Shown here piece after piece: positions 26,901 through 35,620 of a DNA stretch of 64,000 nt; within the stretch, counting starts at the first letter, position 1; every line of letters starts with the position of its first letter. The stretch spans positions 40,845 through 104,844 of the IMG/VR virus record IMGVR_UViG_3300025916_000008. The stretch is one strand, 5' to 3'. A program made the translations under genes and the position numbers. Origin of the DNA: a virus. Its lineage: Duplodnaviria > Heunggongvirae > Uroviricota > Caudoviricetes. The notes under the pieces are model-generated. The model had not been told where the DNA came from. It searched no databases and saw only the letters and a list, made by a program, of their open reading frames with translations.

Positions 26901-27106
26901 GCGCAGTAGAGTCAGCGACCGCCGGGGACGGCTACGAGGTCCGGGCGGGCACCGAGGTGGTGGCCGACGGCCCGGACCACTACGGGGTCGTCGCCGGCCT
27001 GGCGGAGGAGGACGGCCGCGTCGTGGCGGCGGTCATGTGCGAGGACGACGTGCTGCGCGGCTACGACGTGGAGGACCTGAGCGTCTTCACTGTGCAGCAC
27101 GGCTGA
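26897..27106 (+). CDS. small acidic protein
   Basis: GTG at 26897. Confidence 0.35.
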   Translation: MSAVESATAGDGYEVRAGTEVVADGPDHYGVVAGLAEEDGRVVAAVMCEDDVLRGYDVEDLSVFTVQHG

Positions 27107-27280
27107 CGGGGTGCTCCGTTACCTGGTTTCATTGGCAACGTGAAGCCGAGCGAGGACCTCCGGGAGTGCGGCCGGGCCGGGTGCGGCCACCAGCGCCGCG
27201 TCCATGACCACTACACGCACTCGACCTATTGCAGCACGACCGGGTGCCTGTGCCGGAAATGGCACCGGCCCCGTAGAGGA

Positions 27281-27299
27281 AATACAGGCTTTGTTGATA
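27281..27299 (+). promoter_or_regulatory. 19-bp motif copy (aatacaggctttgttgata)
   Basis: 16 of 19 match; 42 nt upstream of the 27341 ATG. Confidence 0.6.
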
Positions 27300-27340
27300 T
27301 CCTCTTGCTGATATCGGGGCACGAGGAAGGGAGCCTGAGC

Positions 27341-27580
27341 ATGACGAGGAAGTGGCGGGTCATCATCGCGGGATGGGCCAGGGGGCCGGGAATCAACGCG
27401 ATGTACGAGCTGTGGCTCGGCCTGACGTACGAGCCGTGGCGGCTGGTGCCGCACCTGCGGAGCCCGAGGAGGATTCCGGCAGGCGACGGGTACGAGTGCT
27501 CCTTCTGCGGGTCGCGCTCGGCGCGGGTCCAGGCCAAGGGACAGCGCAAGGCCGAGGCGATCCGGAGGCAGTTCGCATGA
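27341..27580 (+). CDS. hypothetical protein with C-terminal CSFCG Zn-ribbon half
   Basis: ATG at 27341, 42 nt after the motif copy with GAGGAAGGGAG SD. The longer ORF 27140-27580 would read through the motif and adds an N-terminal C/H-rich 67 aa; structure ambiguous. Confidence 0.4.
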   Translation: MTRKWRVIIAGWARGPGINAMYELWLGLTYEPWRLVPHLRSPRRIPAGDGYECSFCGSRSARVQAKGQRKAEAIRRQFA

Positions 27581-28509
27581 GCGAGGAACCAGGCAGGTAC
27601 GCGGCACCCCAGGTGCAGGCGTCCCTGAGGGAAGACCCCGACCGGGGCGGCCTGGTCGTCGGGGTGCACACCGAGTACCCGAACAGCAAGGGCATGCCGT
27701 ACGAGCGGCACGTGCCGAACCTGGAGGCGGCCCTCGGCTACATCGGGACGTTCTGGCGCAACTCGGCCCCCGGCCGGGACGCGGCCGTGCCGCCCGCCGA
27801 GGGCATCGAGTGGGGCTACAGGTACAAGGCCCCCAGGACGCGCCAGGTCAGGGAGTACCAGTCGGACAACAGGGCCGAGGCCGAGCGCACCGTCCGCGAG
27901 TTCGCCGAGGACGGCGAGAAGAACCGCTGCGACTGGGAGGCCGGGGTCATCTGGCGAACGGCGGCGGTGAAGCCCGGCGAGTGGCACAGCCTGAAGCTGA
28001 CGGTCACCGACACCCTGGAGAAGGTCGCGGAGGCCGGGGAGGACGGCGAGGCCGTCACCCCGCAGGTGCTGTCCGACCTGATGTCCCTGGCCGGCGGCAC
28101 GGTCATCCCGCCGGAGGTGATCGCCACCTGGACGGACGGGGAGCGCGAGCAGGCGGCCCAGTGGGCTGCGGCCGAGCACCTGAGCGCCTCCGACAACCCG
28201 GTGATCCGGGTGCCGCAGCCGGAGGTGGTGCGGCGCGCCGCCGAGATCTGCGCCAGCCCGGCCCTCGCCCAGCTCGCCGTCGAGTCGTGGCGCGATGCGG
28301 GACGGCGGCTGGAGGAGTCCGGGTTCACGTTCGACGACGAGAGCGCGCACGCCCTGGCGGTAGCCGGGCAGGACGCCATCACCGGGCTGCTGGTGCTGCT
28401 GAGGACCGCAGGGGGACCGGGGCAGTTCACCAGCGAGCAGATGGCGGCCACCTACCGCGCCGGGTACGTCAAGGCCCGCCAGGACGCGGTGACCGAGGAG
28501 CCGCTGTGA
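27577..28509 (+). CDS. hypothetical protein (310 aa)
   Basis: ATG at 27577 (residue 76 of ORF 27352-28509) with ATGA coupling. Confidence 0.5.
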   Translation: MSEEPGRYAAPQVQASLREDPDRGGLVVGVHTEYPNSKGMPYERHVPNLEAALGYIGTFWRNSAPGRDAAVPPAEGIEWGYRYKAPRTRQVREYQSDNRAEAERTVREFAEDGEKNRCDWEAGVIWRTAAVKPGEWHSLKLTVTDTLEKVAEAGEDGEAVTPQVLSDLMSLAGGTVIPPEVIATWTDGEREQAAQWAAAEHLSASDNPVIRVPQPEVVRRAAEICASPALAQLAVESWRDAGRRLEESGFTFDDESAHALAVAGQDAITGLLVLLRTAGGPGQFTSEQMAATYRAGYVKARQDAVTEEPL

Positions 28510-28868
28510 GCACGATGACCCTGGAGGAGATCCTCGACGTGATCGTCCTGATGGACGCGCACCTGGACAGCGCCGCCAGCCCGGACTATCAGGCGCAGCC
28601 GCTCGCCCAGGACTGGGCGCGGGTCACCAAGCCGTGCGAGGAGGCCGGGGAGGCGTGGCAGGCGTTCAGCCGGCTCACCGGGGAGAACCCCCGCAAGGGG
28701 AAGTGCGGCACCCTGGACGAGGTGCTCGGCGAGCTGGGCGACACGGCCGCGTCCGCGCTGATGGCGGTCCAGCACCTGGTGAAGGACCGGCAGCGGGTAC
28801 TGGAGGTCCTGTCCGCCGCGATGGAGAAGGCGCGTGCACGCGCCCTGGCCGGCGGGATAGCGCCGTGA
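28506..28868 (+). CDS. MazG-like nucleotide pyrophosphohydrolase (all-alpha NTP-PPase) candidate
   Basis: EEAGEAWQAF and DEVLGELGDTAASALMAVQHL match the EExxE/ExxD helix motifs of MazG/HisE-like proteins. Confidence 0.45.
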   Translation: MSTMTLEEILDVIVLMDAHLDSAASPDYQAQPLAQDWARVTKPCEEAGEAWQAFSRLTGENPRKGKCGTLDEVLGELGDTAASALMAVQHLVKDRQRVLEVLSAAMEKARARALAGGIAP

Positions 28869-29080
28869 TCAGCCGGGCGGCGCTGTGGTACACCGCCCCC
28901 GTGCTGCTGACCGGCATGGCGGCGGCCCTGGCCTCGGAGCTGTTCGCAGGCTGGCTGGGGGACACGCTGCTGATCGCCGGGTGCGCCCTGCTGCTTCCCT
29001 GCTGCGCCGCGATGGCGGTGGCGTGCGGCCTGGACGCCGTGACCGGGTGGCGCAGGGAGCGCGAGAGGAGCAGGCAGTGA
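28865..29080 (+). CDS. small membrane protein
   Basis: GTG at 28865; two hydrophobic helices. Confidence 0.4.
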   Translation: MISRAALWYTAPVLLTGMAAALASELFAGWLGDTLLIAGCALLLPCCAAMAVACGLDAVTGWRRERERSRQ

Positions 29081-29283
29081 AGACAACAGCCACGCACAAG
29101 TGCCCCGGGCCGGGGTGCGAGGAGCAGATCGCCGTCGGCAAGCTGATGTGCGGGCCGCACTGGGACGAGGTGCCTGCCCCCTTGCAGGCGGAGGTGTACG
29201 CGGCCTGGGACCGGGGACGGGGCCGGGGCTCGCTGCGGCACCTGCAAGCTGTCCGGGCGGCGATCGAGGCGGTGCGTCCCTGA
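29077..29283 (+). CDS. small Zn-ribbon-like protein
   Basis: GTG at 29077 (GTGA); CPGPGCEE...CGPHW. Confidence 0.4.
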   Translation: MKTTATHKCPGPGCEEQIAVGKLMCGPHWDEVPAPLQAEVYAAWDRGRGRGSLRHLQAVRAAIEAVRP

Positions 29284-30071
29284 TGCGCGGCCGGGCGATG
29301 GTGAAGCCGGCCCTCAAAGGGCTCGCGGTGTCGGCGGCGACCATCCCGCCGCTGATGCTGCCCGAGCCAGGCTGGGCGATCTGGGCGCTGAACTTCATCG
29401 GGGCCGGGGCGTTCTACATGAGCGCCGTCACCCTGGCGGTGCTGTTCCTGTGGAACGTCCTGCACCCCGACACCGAGGAGCGCGACGCGCGGCTGGAGGC
29501 GGCGCGGGAGCACCAGCGGATGATCATGGAGCACGCCAGTCCCCGGGCGGCCAGGACGCAGTGGGAGCGCGCGGTCCTGGAGGCGCGGCGGGCCGGGACG
29601 TTCAGCCTCAACGGGGTGCGGCAGCCGGGGACGACGCTGCGCTATCCCGGGCGCGACGTGACCTGGACCTACGATGAGATCGTCACGGCGGCGGGACGGG
29701 AGTGGGAGGCCAGGCACTACGGGCCGCAGCCGCCGGGGTCGGTGCTGCGCTACCCCGGGCCGCCTCCCGTCTACACGCCGCCCGGCGGGTTCGAGGTGGT
29801 GATCCACGTCGAGCTGCGGGCCGAGCCGAAGATGATCCACGGCAGGGGCGGGCCGCTGAGCCCGGACCACGGCTGGACCTGCGAGGAGTGCGGCGAGCCG
29901 GTCACCGAGGGCCGTCGCTTCTGCCGGCCGTGTCTCACTCACGGGATGCCCGGGTACAACGCGCCCGAGCCGCACTCCGGGACCTGCGACCGCTGCGGGA
30001 AGCAGACCGGCATGTGCATGCGGGCCGGGGAGGGCCACCTGCACTACTGCTACGGCTGCGCGTACGGCTGA
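29283..30071 (+). CDS. membrane protein with C-terminal tandem zinc ribbons
   Basis: ATG at 29283; two TM helices; CEECGE...CRPC, CDRCGK, YCYGC. Confidence 0.5.
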   Translation: MRGRAMVKPALKGLAVSAATIPPLMLPEPGWAIWALNFIGAGAFYMSAVTLAVLFLWNVLHPDTEERDARLEAAREHQRMIMEHASPRAARTQWERAVLEARRAGTFSLNGVRQPGTTLRYPGRDVTWTYDEIVTAAGREWEARHYGPQPPGSVLRYPGPPPVYTPPGGFEVVIHVELRAEPKMIHGRGGPLSPDHGWTCEECGEPVTEGRRFCRPCLTHGMPGYNAPEPHSGTCDRCGKQTGMCMRAGEGHLHYCYGCAYG

Positions 30072-30164
30072 CCGCAGGATCTTCACTTCACCTTCGAACC
30101 ACCTCAACACTTCATCCTGCTCAATCCGCTTTAAACAGGAAAACCTTCACTGGAGGAGAGAGAA

Positions 30165-30431
30165 ATGACCGCAGTCGCCGACGAGATCACCGTCCCCGAG
30201 GGCCACGGGCTCATGCACGAGCTGGACAAGACCGGGGACACCCGCGTCATGTGGGACCGGGGCAACAGCGACGAGGTGGCCGCCGCCCGCAGGCAGTTCG
30301 ACGACCTGACCGGCAAGGGGTACCTCGCTTACAAGGCCGAGGGCAAGGACGGCCACCAGGGGAGGCAGATCCGCAGGTTCGACCCCGAGGCCGAGCGGAT
30401 CATCCTGGTCAAGCAGCTCGTCGGCGGCTGA
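30165..30431 (+). CDS. hypothetical protein
   Basis: 88 aa; GGAGGAGAGAGAA SD; preceded by an unusually AT-rich 90-nt spacer. Confidence 0.5.
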   Translation: MTAVADEITVPEGHGLMHELDKTGDTRVMWDRGNSDEVAAARRQFDDLTGKGYLAYKAEGKDGHQGRQIRRFDPEAERIILVKQLVGG

Positions 30432-30432
30432 C

Positions 30433-31224
30433 GTGCCAGCCGCGATGGCAGCGCTGACCAGTGACGAGGTGGTCAGCGCCATCGAGCGGGCCAGGACGCT
30501 GGCGCATGCACGGGAGCTGGCCCTAGCCGAGTCGCCCACGGCCGAGGAGATGGCGGCGCACCTCAGCATCCTGCCGTTCAAGGAGCAGGCGTTCCAAGCT
30601 TGGTCACCGGGCCAGACCTGGTTCGCCTGGTGCTCGACGACGAGCACCACCGTGACGATGAGCGACAGCACGTGGACGGCGTGGAACAACGGCGTTACCA
30701 CCACCAGCGGCTCGCTGGCGCTCAACTACACCAGCGGCACCGCCTACGTCAGCACCGGCACGCAGTGGGTCTCGTGGAACACCAGCTACGCGGAGATGAC
30801 CGAGGAGCAGCAGGCGGCCGTCGCCGAGGCGCACCGGGCCGCTGAGGAGCGCAGGGCCGCCCAGGAGGCCGAGTGGGCGGTCGAGCGGGCCGAGCGCGAG
30901 AAGGCGTCCGAGCGGGCCGCAGGGCTGCTCCTGAGCCTGCTGAGCCCCGGGCAGGCCGCGACGTACCGCGAGCACGGCTGGTTCGAGGTACGGGGCTCCT
31001 CGGGCCGCAGGTGGCGCATCAGGAACCGTGGCCAGTCCGGCAACGTCGACCTGATGCCGGAGATCGGCGAGGAGCGCGACGCCAGCTTCTGCGCGCACCC
31101 GCCGGGCCACCTGCCGGACGCCGACGCGCACGTGGCGCAGATGCTCGCCCTGGTCACCGACGACGAGGCGTTCGAGCGGACGGCGAACGTGCACTACCGC
31201 AGGCCCGCCTTGCGGGCGGCTTAG
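30433..31224 (+). CDS. hypothetical protein (263 aa) with Thr/Ser/Trp-rich central segment
   Basis: ORF; start GTG at 30433 or ATG at 30445. Confidence 0.5.
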   Translation: MPAAMAALTSDEVVSAIERARTLAHARELALAESPTAEEMAAHLSILPFKEQAFQAWSPGQTWFAWCSTTSTTVTMSDSTWTAWNNGVTTTSGSLALNYTSGTAYVSTGTQWVSWNTSYAEMTEEQQAAVAEAHRAAEERRAAQEAEWAVERAEREKASERAAGLLLSLLSPGQAATYREHGWFEVRGSSGRRWRIRNRGQSGNVDLMPEIGEERDASFCAHPPGHLPDADAHVAQMLALVTDDEAFERTANVHYRRPALRAA

Positions 31225-31240
31225 CAAGAAAAGCTGTAAG
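31222..31240 (-). promoter_or_regulatory. degenerate reverse-oriented half of a palindromic motif pair (tagcaagaaaagctgtaag)
   Basis: 15 of 19 match to the reverse complement; paired with the forward copy 12 nt downstream. Confidence 0.45.
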
Positions 31241-31251
31241 GATCTTCCACC

Positions 31252-31270
31252 GATACAGCCTTTATTGATA
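31252..31270 (+). promoter_or_regulatory. 19-bp motif copy (gatacagcctttattgata)
   Basis: 16 of 19 match; 37 nt upstream of the 31307 ATG. Confidence 0.6.
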
Positions 31271-31306
31271 AGCTCCGAGGAGCAGTAACTCGGAAGGGAG
31301 GCCGGG

Positions 31307-31534
31307 ATGGCATCGGACATACCGCTGCTGTTCGTCGCAGCTTTCATCGCCGCCGCCGGGATAGGAGCGCTGATCCTGATGGTCCCGGCCGCCCGCCGGA
31401 GGCAGGCCCTCCGCTCCGAGGCCAGGGACCGGCGGCTCATGAAGAGCCCCGCTGACCTGGAGGACTACCTCGCGCGGCTCGACCAGGCTGAGACCGACGC
31501 GGACATCGACAGCCTGGGAGGGGAAGGAAAGTAG
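31307..31534 (+). CDS. small single-pass membrane protein (possible SPFH partner)
   Basis: 75 aa; one TM helix then a charged tail; immediately upstream of the SPFH-like gene. Confidence 0.45.
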   Translation: MASDIPLLFVAAFIAAAGIGALILMVPAARRRQALRSEARDRRLMKSPADLEDYLARLDQAETDADIDSLGGEGK

Positions 31535-31540
31535 ACCTCA

Positions 31541-32470
31541 GTGACTCAGTTCATCTTCGCGGTCATCTTCTGGGTGATCATGATCATCTGCGGCTTCGTC
31601 GGCGTGTTCCTCGCGCAGAACCGCAAGGACCGGGCGGGGGCCATCACGGCAGCCGTGCTCCTCGGGGCCATCGGCTTCGGGCTGTTCGCATGGGGCGGGG
31701 TCAAGAACATCCCGCTCAAGAACATCGGCGTCCCCACGGCCCTCGGCAACGTGAACGGCACCGTCTACCAGAGCGGCACCTACGAGACGTGGACGCCGTG
31801 GCAGAGCTTCACCAACATCGACGAGACCGTCCAGTCCGTCACCTGGGAGGCCGGGCCGAAGAACAACGGCATCAACTGCGACGGCGGCCTCGCGATCCGC
31901 ATCGGCGGCCAGCAGAGTGCCTGCGCGAACGTCACCATCCAGTTCCAGGTCCGGCCGTCGGCCGCGATCAGCCTCCTGGAGGACTACGCCAACCACGGGC
32001 CGCTGATCCCCGAGATCAAGCAGGCCGTGGTCATCCGCGAGTTCGAGACCGTCGTCAACCAGGTGCTGGGCGACTACGACCCGATCACCGACCAGCAGAA
32101 CGTCAGCGACGCCAAGGTCACCACCAGCCAGTTCACGAAGTTCGCGCCGACCATCCTGGCCGACATGCGCAGCGACATCGGCGACAAGATCATCGTCCAG
32201 GCGGTCTACCTGCCGAAGGTGATCTTCGACCCGACCATCGAGGGCGCGCTCAACGCGATCCAGAAGGCGCACGCCGACTTCGCGGTCCAGACCGAGAACG
32301 AGCTGGTCAACTCCGCCCACAAGCAGGCGCTGACCAACCTCGGCAACCCGACCCTCAACCAGCTAATCGCCCAGTGCCTCGCCAACGCGGGCACCAGCAA
32401 CCCGGGGTCCTGCATCCCGGGTGCCAGCACCAAGCTCCAGCTCAGCGGAAGTGCGAACGCTGCGGGCTAG
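31541..32470 (+). CDS. SPFH/band-7 (stomatin/HflC-like) domain membrane protein candidate
   Basis: N-terminal TM helix followed by a ~250-aa domain whose alternating beta/alpha pattern and VQAVYLPKVIFDP...AIQKAHAD segment resemble SPFH domains. Confidence 0.45.
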   Translation: MTQFIFAVIFWVIMIICGFVGVFLAQNRKDRAGAITAAVLLGAIGFGLFAWGGVKNIPLKNIGVPTALGNVNGTVYQSGTYETWTPWQSFTNIDETVQSVTWEAGPKNNGINCDGGLAIRIGGQQSACANVTIQFQVRPSAAISLLEDYANHGPLIPEIKQAVVIREFETVVNQVLGDYDPITDQQNVSDAKVTTSQFTKFAPTILADMRSDIGDKIIVQAVYLPKVIFDPTIEGALNAIQKAHADFAVQTENELVNSAHKQALTNLGNPTLNQLIAQCLANAGTSNPGSCIPGASTKLQLSGSANAAG

Positions 32471-32543
32471 CCCAAGCCAGTCCCGGCCGGGTCGACTCCA
32501 CATCCCCGGCCGGGGCTGCACCGCAAGGAAAGGTACCCGGCAG

Positions 32544-32738
32544 ATGGCCCCCGTAGTCGCAGTCCACAGGTCAGCCTCGGCGATGGCCGTGGTGATGATC
32601 GCCCTGTGGACGCTCAGGGAGGACCCGGAGATGCTGGCCGTGCTCATGATGGTCTGCCAGGCCCCGGAGCTGATCGCCATGGCGCTGCTGATGATCGCGC
32701 TGGCCATGCCTGACCACACCGAGAGGACGACGACATGA
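32544..32738 (+). CDS. small membrane protein
   Basis: ATG at 32544 (residue 42 of ORF 32421-32738) after an AAGGAAAGG. Confidence 0.4.
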   Translation: MAPVVAVHRSASAMAVVMIALWTLREDPEMLAVLMMVCQAPELIAMALLMIALAMPDHTERTTT

Positions 32739-32905
32739 GCTGCCTGAACTGCGGCACCCATACCCCCGGCACGTACTGCCCCAACTGCACCGCCTACGCG
32801 CGGCAGGAGGGCGTGCTGCCGGTGGTGGACGACCCGGAGAGCCCCGACGCCAGGGAGCCCGGCACCGGGCTGTGGATCTTCAACTGGCGGAGCCGGGCGC
32901 GTTAG
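32735..32905 (+). CDS. small Zn-ribbon protein (56 aa)
   Basis: ATGA-coupled ATG at 32735; CLNCGTH...CPNC. Confidence 0.35.
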   Translation: MSCLNCGTHTPGTYCPNCTAYARQEGVLPVVDDPESPDAREPGTGLWIFNWRSRAR

Positions 32906-33036
32906 ACGTCCCGCGTGACCTGGTTTCCCAGGGACAAACCGCGCTTCATGGGACGAACCTCAGGAAAGCACCACTCAAGGACATAAGAAGGCATAAGGGC
33001 GTTGCGCACGCGCAACGGGAGCGAGCGGGAGACAGG

Positions 33037-33468
33037 ATGGCTGACTACGTGGGGTTCATACCGGCCGTAGGCTGGCGGGCTGCGGTGACCATGAAGGACG
33101 GCAGGTACCAGGACACCCCCCTGGTCGCCTGGGCGTTCGGGCAGCACGACCTGGGGGTCGCGTTCATCCCCGACCCGGACGGCGGCGGCACCGCCGTGGA
33201 ACTCTGCAAGGCGACCGCCCCCGGCCTCGGCATCGAGGAGTTCCGGGTGTACCACCCCGGCGCGAGGAAGACCAGGACCCGCAGGGAGCCGGCACCGGAC
33301 GCCCCCGTCGTGCACCTGATGCTGACCGACCCGGACGACCTGCCGTACAGCGACATCTTCACCGCCTGCTGCGGGATCAACTGGAGGTCGGTCTCCGGGG
33401 TCATCGCCAGGGACCGGACCCTGGCCACCTGCCCGGGACGGCCGAAGGGCACCGGGGACGCCCCGTGA
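33037..33468 (+). CDS. hypothetical protein
   Basis: ATG at 33037 after a GGGAGA; 143 aa. Confidence 0.45.
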   Translation: MADYVGFIPAVGWRAAVTMKDGRYQDTPLVAWAFGQHDLGVAFIPDPDGGGTAVELCKATAPGLGIEEFRVYHPGARKTRTRREPAPDAPVVHLMLTDPDDLPYSDIFTACCGINWRSVSGVIARDRTLATCPGRPKGTGDAP

Positions 33469-33692
33469 TCGCCATGAAGCCTCCCCGGGCAGGCAGGAAG
33501 ATCCTCCTCGCCTGGGCAGCGGCGATCACCGCCTACGCCGGGCTCTGGGCCTACCACGCCGCCGCCTACGGGCTCTGGTACAGCGGCCCGGTGTCCCCCT
33601 GGCTCCGCATCGGGCTGTCAGCGAGCCTCGCGGCGGCCCTGGCGCTCACCGTCCCCTACTGGCTGCGCGCCAGGAAGAAGGCCAGGAGGTGA
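33465..33692 (+). CDS. small membrane protein
   Basis: 75 aa; two hydrophobic helices. Confidence 0.4.
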   Translation: MIAMKPPRAGRKILLAWAAAITAYAGLWAYHAAAYGLWYSGPVSPWLRIGLSASLAAALALTVPYWLRARKKARR

Positions 33693-33910
33693 CCCTGTGG
33701 CCGTTCGACCCGCCGACCGAGCCCATCCGGGTACCGACGCTCCCCCTGGAGCCCGTCACCCGGGGCAGCGAGCCGCCGCACTGCCCCAGGTGCGGCCTGG
33801 CGACGGAGTTCCTGTCGGCCGGCCACTACCAGAACGGGTGCCTGCGCACCATGCAGGAGTCCGAGTACCACTTCTGCTGCCCTGGCCGGTGCGAGCTGGC
33901 CGCAGCGTGA
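33689..33910 (+). CDS. small Cys-rich protein
   Basis: CPRCG...CCPGRC. Confidence 0.4.
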   Translation: MTLWPFDPPTEPIRVPTLPLEPVTRGSEPPHCPRCGLATEFLSAGHYQNGCLRTMQESEYHFCCPGRCELAAA

Positions 33911-33914
33911 GACA

Positions 33915-33942
33915 GGCGGGTGCCTGCCGAAAGGCACCCGCC
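33915..33942 (+). terminator. terminator-like hairpin
   Basis: Perfect 11-bp stem ggcgggtgcct / aggcacccgcc with loop gccgaa; between gene 33689-33910 and the ParB-like gene. Confidence 0.5.
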
Positions 33943-33977
33943 CGGGAATCCCAACCAACCAGAAGGAGGCGAGCGCG

Positions 33978-34838
33978 ATGCGCAGCCAGTGGGAAATTAT
34001 CACAGTAGAGCAGGCGATGACGGTCCTTGAGACCGCCGACTGCGGCCGGAACCTGACCAAGGTCAGGGTGGAGAGGTACAAGCGCGACATGCTCGCGGGG
34101 TGCTGGTTCGAGATCCCCCAGGGCCTCGTGTACGACACCCGCGACGTCCTGCGCGACGGGCAGCACCGCCTCGCCGCGATGATCGCCGCAGCCCAGGAGA
34201 TGGAAGAGGCCGGGAAGATCGCCGACGCCTTCGAGTTCTCCATGCGGATGTGGGTCACCAGGGACTGGGAGGGCAGCCCCGAGGCGTTCCGGGTGATGGA
34301 CACCGGGGACAGCCGCAGCTACATCGACCTGCTGGTCATGGGCGGGTACGTCAACGCCGACCAGCTCCGCGCGGTGCTGCGGCGCATCGCCTCCTGGGAG
34401 GCGGGCAAGTCCTACACCCACAAGATGTCCCCCACCCACACCGAGCTGGACAAGATCCTCACCGCCCACCCCGAGGCGGTGGAGGCGGCCCGGTTCGGCA
34501 AGGCGTGGCGCGCCCCCGTGGTGCCCAAGAGCATCGCCGGCTTCTGCTGGTGGCTGTTCTCCTCGATCGACGCCGACGCCGCCCAGTTCTTCATGGACGG
34601 GCTCCGCACCGACATGGGCTTCGAGAGCAGCCCGGAGAGCCCGCACCCCATCCACGTGCTGCGCGAGCGGCTGATCCGCGACCAGAAGGTCAACCAGGGG
34701 CGCGGCAGCTTCACCCGGCCCGAGGTCGTCCTCTGGATGATCATCCGGGCCTGGAACATGTACCGGACCGGGGAGTGCAAGAAGAAGATCCAGCTCCCCG
34801 AGGAACTCAGCGACGAGGGCTTCATCAAGCCGGTCTAG
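33978..34838 (+). CDS. ParB-like nuclease domain protein
   Basis: N-terminal region with LRDGQHRLAAM matching the ParB/Srx-fold DGxHR motif; strong AGAAGGAGG SD; preceded by a terminator hairpin. Confidence 0.55.
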   Translation: MRSQWEIITVEQAMTVLETADCGRNLTKVRVERYKRDMLAGCWFEIPQGLVYDTRDVLRDGQHRLAAMIAAAQEMEEAGKIADAFEFSMRMWVTRDWEGSPEAFRVMDTGDSRSYIDLLVMGGYVNADQLRAVLRRIASWEAGKSYTHKMSPTHTELDKILTAHPEAVEAARFGKAWRAPVVPKSIAGFCWWLFSSIDADAAQFFMDGLRTDMGFESSPESPHPIHVLRERLIRDQKVNQGRGSFTRPEVVLWMIIRAWNMYRTGECKKKIQLPEELSDEGFIKPV

Positions 34839-34960
34839 GATGCCGGCAGGCGCGTCCCTCACGTGAGGGGAGGAGGCGCGCTGCGGGGCCTCGCGTACAC
34901 CGTGACCGAGGCCCCGCCCTATGCCCAGGACCTACCAGGACAGGAGAGGACTGCCCCGCC

Positions 34961-35248
34961 ATGGGACAGGAGAGCGGCGCGCCAGGGCGCGCCAGGACCG
35001 AGCCGGCACGCGCCGTGCCAGGGTACGGGCTGCGCTGGCGCGCCAGGGACTGGTGGCGCGCGGCGCGCTGGCGCGCCACCGAGAGGCCGCTGTGGGTCAT
35101 GGGGACGATCTGGTGCGCCGTCGGCGCGCTGATGATCCTGTCGTCCTTCACCGTGCCCGGCGCAGGGCCTGTGCCCGCGATCTTCGGGGCCGTGGTCCTT
35201 GTCCTCGGCGCGCTCGCCATGCAGGTCAAGGGGCGGTGGCGCAGGTGA
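34961..35248 (+). CDS. small membrane protein
   Basis: ATG at 34961; Arg/Trp-rich N-terminus then two TM helices. Confidence 0.4.
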   Translation: MGQESGAPGRARTEPARAVPGYGLRWRARDWWRAARWRATERPLWVMGTIWCAVGALMILSSFTVPGAGPVPAIFGAVVLVLGALAMQVKGRWRR

Positions 35249-35610
35249 GCGCGCCAGCAAGGGCAAAGCGGCCCGGCGCGGCGGTGCAGCGCAAGGCCCC
35301 CGTGCCGATGTGGCGCGCCCCTGACACGGTGGCGTGCCGCGACCAGGACACCAGCCTGTTCTACCCGGTGGAGGGACTGCGCGCCGACGAGCAGGAGGCG
35401 CGCTACTGGCGTGCCAAGGCGATGTGCGCCAGGTGCCCGTTCCAGGACGAGTGCCTGGAGCGCGCCATGGCCGAGGAGAAGACCGGCGGCCGGTACGGCA
35501 TCCGTGGAGGGATGACCCCCGAGGACCGCAAGCTCCTCGCCAGGAAGCAGTCCCGTAAGCCGAAGGGGAGACCAGGGCGGCCGAGGCGCACGCAGACCGT
35601 GGCCGCGTAG
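35245..35610 (+). CDS. whiB: WhiB-like (Wbl) iron-sulfur transcription factor
   Basis: Four Cys in C-x(n)-C-x2-C-x5-C spacing (CRDQ...CARCPFQDEC) plus the GIRGG turn and basic tail. GTG at 35245 is GTGA-coupled; an alternative ATG lies at 35308. Confidence 0.8.
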   Translation: MSAPARAKRPGAAVQRKAPVPMWRAPDTVACRDQDTSLFYPVEGLRADEQEARYWRAKAMCARCPFQDECLERAMAEEKTGGRYGIRGGMTPEDRKLLARKQSRKPKGRPGRPRRTQTVAA

Positions 35611-35620
35611 CCCTTTCCTC

